A DNA stretch of 64,000 nt from Eledone cirrhosa (Eukaryota). Location: the NCBI GenBank assembly GCA_964016885.1, contig OZ024742.1, positions 285,448,001 to 285,512,000 of the forward strand, read 5' to 3'. Within the stretch, counting starts at the first letter, position 1, and each line of letters starts with the position of its first letter. The position numbers and the translations under genes are program-made. Below are positions 59,733-64,000 of this stretch, piece after piece. Under the pieces are notes generated by a model. That model was not told the DNA's origin. It did no database searches and was given only the letters and a program-made list of their open reading frames with translations.

Positions 59733-60604
59733 TGTATGTATGTATGTATGTGTGTGTGTGTGTGTTAGACTTCCGTGGTTTTTGACGATCTGTGTTGCAG
59801 TTGTTTAAATATCAGAACAATCCGTTCATGAATTAACGAGTACGTAGCTGAATAATCCACAGACACGTGTACCCTGAATTACAGTTACAGAGGTCATTTT
59901 TGCCACCTGAGAGGACAGAAGCCACGCAAAATAAGGTGTTGTTAAAAGACACAATATGCTGTCCGATCCGGGAATTGAACACTGGGCCTTACGATCGTGA
60001 GTCCAGCATCGTATCCACTAAGACACGCGCCTTGTCACACATGCACACTTACACACACGCACACACGCACAGACAGATGCACACATACACTTACACATAT
60101 ACATTTACACACACACAGATACACACTCGCGCACACTCTCACACACACACTCACACATGCATATGTAGCAAAAGTAAAACCCGAATCGTTAGTACGTATA
60201 AAAACTATGTTCAAGTTAATGGTGTATGTGTGTATGCTGACGTGCACATATGTGTACGTGTGCGTTCATTTGTCTCCACATGTTCGTGTGCCAGTTATGC
60301 TTTTTGTATAAATGTCATAACAATATTTTTGGCAACTAAAACATCTTCATCAAAACCAGAATATTTATAAACAATGGATTCTCACATCAATAATATTTCA
60401 TAACAACCATAAATGTTTTCAAAACGACTTGCGCAGTTTTAGTTCCGACTGACTCAAATCCACCCTAGGTTACTTCCTCATTTAGCTTTCCAAGGATAGA
60501 AAAGATCGATAAAATATAATTTCTGCCCTTGTGTCTACCCACCTAACCCCACTCCTCCACCAGAAAAATAAAATTCCTGCCCTTGTGTCTAAATTAGAAA
60601 CAAT

Positions 60605-60890
60605 CCCACCTTTGACTTAACCTTTCAACTTTCCGGGGTCAACTTTGCCTTTGAACTTTCTGGGGTCAAATTTGCTTTTTAACTTTCCAGGGTCAATTTT
60701 GTCTTTCAATCTTCCGTGATCAACTTTGCCTTTCAACTTTCTGGGATCAACTTTCCGGGTTCAACTTTGTTTTTTATCCTTCCGGGGTCAATAAAATTAA
60801 GTACAGGTCAAGCATTAGGGTCGATAGAATCGACTTTCCCCATTCTTCCCCTAATTACTGGCGTCTTGGCAAAATTAAAAACCATTATTC
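60605..60890 (+). repeat. Degenerate tandem amplification of SINE A core, running into a SINE tail
   Basis: About 6 copies of a ~29-bp GGGGTCAACTTTGCCTTTCAACTTTCC-like unit. Confidence 0.75.
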
Positions 60891-61304
60891 GAGTGGTGGA
60901 TTGGCAGCGTCGTCAAAGTGTCGGACAAATACTAAGCTGTATTTGTTTCGACTCTCTTCAGTTTCTGAGTTCAAATTCCTTGCGACTGTTCAAATTCTTT
61001 GCGACTGTTAATGTTCCGAATTGAAATCCCGCTGGTAGATTTTATTCGTGGGCTGATTTGATACCACCACCAGCTCCTTGTGTGTCTTAAGCAGATTTTA
61101 TTTTGTTGAAATCATTTGATGGGCCAGGTGACGGTTTGGGAATATGTACCTCCCTCCGTCCCTCCCTCCCTCCAGTCTCAGATGCCCTGTAAAAGGTCAA
61201 GGACACTGTCTTCCTCTCTTTGATTTAACAGTAAATAAAAATATGAAAAAAATCATATCTCTACAAGACTCCTTAAGTGAATTAGTTTCACTCAAGTTTA
61301 GAGG

Positions 61305-61890
61305 TTCATTGGCTCAGCTTATCCCGGTTTCATCGACTCAGCTTATCCAGGTTTCATCGACTCAGCTTATCCCAGTTTCATTGGCTCAGCTTATCCAGGT
61401 TTCATCGACTCAGCTTATCCAGGTTTCATCGACTCAGCTTATCCCGGTTTCATCGGCTCAGCTTATCCCGGTTTCATCGGCTCAGCTTATCCCGGTTTCA
61501 TCGGCTCAGCTTATCCCGGTTTCATCGGCTCAGCTTATCTCAGTTTCATCGACTCAGCTTATCCAGGTTTCATCGACTCAGCTTATCCAGGTTTCATCGA
61601 CTCAGCTTATCCCGGTTTCATCGGCTCAGCTTATCCCGGTTTCATCGGCTCAGCTTATCCCGGTTTCATCGGCTCAGCTTATCTCAGTTTCATCGACTCA
61701 GCTTATCCCGGTTTCATCGGCTCAGCTTATCCAGGTTTCATCGACTCAGCTTATCCAGGTTTCATCGGCTCAGCTTATCTCAGTTTCATCGACTCAGCTT
61801 ATCCCGGTTTCATCGACTCAGCTTATCCCGGTTTCATCGACTTAGCTTATCCCGGTTTCATCGACTCAGCTTATCCCGATTTCATTGGCA
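61305..61890. repeat. 24-bp minisatellite, about 24 copies
   Basis: Unit TTTCATCG(G/A)CTCAGCTTATCC(C/A)GG; gives the SSAQLIPV pseudo-ORF. Confidence 0.95.
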
Positions 61891-62154
61891 TTAAGCGATT
61901 GACAGTATAAGACACTTTCCTGAACGGGACGCCGGTCCATCGTGGGATTCACCCCCACCACCAACTGCTGTTTATATTTATTTCCAACTAAATTGATTGG
62001 AGCAAAATGAAACGAAACGAAGTGTTTTTGCTCAAGAAAACATCGTACAGTCCGTAAAACGAAACCATAATGTTAGGAATGTAACTTCTTGAGCTTAACA
62101 TCATGAATAACTAATTCGCACGCGTTCACTTTTGTCTACAAACTAATATACATA

Positions 62155-62299
<145 letters not shown>

Positions 62300-62679
62300 T
62301 ATACACACATATATCATAGTACTTTTTTTTCCACCTAGGAGTGAAAGGCCCCCAGTTGTTGTCACAACACCTTTCTAGGAGAGGGAAACTCTGAAAAAAC
62401 CCTGCGGTTTCAGAAGCATCCGATGATGTTGACCAGTTCTCCTTTTCGGGTAGTGTTTTCGATGCTCAGAGAGTGGGATTGGTCGAGTGCAAGGCCTTTC
62501 GCCACTTAAAAACCTTCAAAGCACAGGCATTGCTTGTTCAGAATATGTTACAGGTTTGTGTGACTGGCCGTAACCTTAAAGTGCACCAAACTCTATAATC
62601 TGACAAGCGATTGCAGTACTCTTAGCAGAGTTTGCAGCCATCATGTATATATATCTAAGTCTAAAGTTTATCTTAAGCC

Positions 62680-62930
62680 AAAAGGCTCATTTGGCCGGTA
62701 CTTATCCCGGCGTGAAGCGACTGAGAGTACAAGACTCCTCCCTAGACAGGACGCCAGTCCATCGAAGGGTTAAAACCCCAGCTATTGCTGGTACTCATTT
62801 TCAGCTGAGTATACTGGAGCAACGTGAAATGAAATGTTTTGCTCAAGAACACAACACGCAACCCCAGAACCGAACCCACGACATTATGATCGTAAGTTCA
62901 ACACCTTTACCACTAGGCCACGTGCCTTCA
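62680..62930 (-). mobile_element. SINE family B, full length
   Basis: Head GAAGGCACGTGGCCTAGTGG on the minus strand; core and tail present. Confidence 0.85.
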
Positions 62931-63849
62931 CACACACACAAACACACACACACGCACACACACATATATATATCTTACTAAAACAAATATAAATATATAC
63001 GTAGTGAATTTATAGAAGAAAAAAAAGAATTTTAAAAATAACTCCAAAACAGAACAAATAAAAATATCTTTAAAATGTAAAGAAAACTAAAATAAATGAG
63101 TTAATATTTAGTATTTGTCTGTGATTATAGTAGTAGCACATTAGTAATTATATAAACTAGTTTATAAAAGTAGCTGCTAGAACACGTGGTAATGTTTACA
63201 GATAATAGTCAACAATGGATGACCTAATTATTAAAAGCTTCTTTCCCCCCTTATGACCTAAATACTTCTGATGGTACAACGTGCATTCTGGGCTTGTTTA
63301 TTGTATGTATGTATGTAAAACTGAAATGAAATATACCTATTACACTTCGTATGCTCTCTCCCTCTCCCCCACCTCTCCCCTCCCCTCCCCGCTCCCCCAT
63401 CTCTCCCCCTACTTCTTAGCTTAAGTATATTGTGTATAAATACATAGACATACACCACATAATACACACACACACACAATCATATATATATTTATTTTAT
63501 TAAGGCTAAATAGTGAGTCTTGTTACTTTGGAGTTTCGCCTGTTTATCACAGGGTCATCATATATATAAAGTGTAGGTTCTAGTAATGTAGAGGTCATTT
63601 CTATGTACGATACAAATATATATTTGAAGCGAAGGTTTGGGGTTGTTGTGGAAGAGGATGATAAACACGACAAATACCAACAATTCTTGTTGAATATATA
63701 ACTTTACTTCACTTCAACAAAAAGGAAAAGATTATGATTACTTCGAATCATATTTTTAAAGTTTGATTGTAGCATTCCTAAATGAATATAGTGTTCAAAA
63801 TGACTTCTGTGTTGTTCTGGAGACTCTTTTAAAAAGTGACAAGTTGTAG

Positions 63850-63999
63850 TCAGATAGTACGTACCAGCAGAGGAAGTAATAAACTCGCAGTGGCAAGGAA
63901 ACTATGTTGTCTATTTGAAGAGGCAGATGACTGAGTGTGATTGAAGTGCCAATGGAAGAATTGCTGTCCGGCCCTTGTCGAAAAGGCCGGAGTTTTTTT
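63850..63999 (-). CDS. Possible terminal coding exon fragment with GPI-signal-like C-terminus (runs off window)
   Basis: Open frame KKTPAFSTRAGQQFFHWHFNHTQSSASSNRQHSFLATASLLLPLLVRTI* in repeat-free, higher-GC DNA; no homology recognised. Confidence 0.2.
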   Translation of the reverse strand, partial: KKTPAFSTRAGQQFFHWHFNHTQSSASSNRQHSFLATASLLLPLLVRTI

Positions 64000-64000
64000 T

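Noticed and set aside
61144-61845. 233-aa ORF with SSAQLIPV repeats
   Set aside because: In-frame consequence of a 24-bp repeat derived from a SINE tail
63968-64000. Bacterial rho-independent terminator
   Set aside because: No prokaryotic gene context; kept only as a low-interest note

Overview
Eukaryotic, AT-rich, microsatellite-saturated DNA with no complete host gene. The tRNA-derived SINE families resemble those I know from octopod cephalopods (inference). Nearly all long ORFs in the track are microsatellite or minisatellite artefacts. Real coding relics: two Penelope-like retroelements (RT plus C-terminal GIY-YIG, Neptune-like; 16155-18847 and 40812-44087), a CMC/Chapaev-like transposase relic, CRE-like and R4/Dong-like restriction-like endonuclease fragments, and RTE and CR1-like LINE fragments. 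Non-autonomous Helitrons, MITEs and more than 25 SINE copies or fragments are also present. The main pattern is a set of at least seven unrelated families of fold-back (inverted-repeat) elements sitting in (TA)n tracts. Many carry minimal type I hammerhead ribozyme motifs and often have one short and one extended terminus. One family is demonstrably derived from the Penelope-like element in this window, and one fold-back has a centre matching unique DNA 1.2 kb away. A possible minus-strand terminal exon lies at the right edge (low confidence). All coordinates were read by eye, so the boundaries of degraded repeats are approximate.
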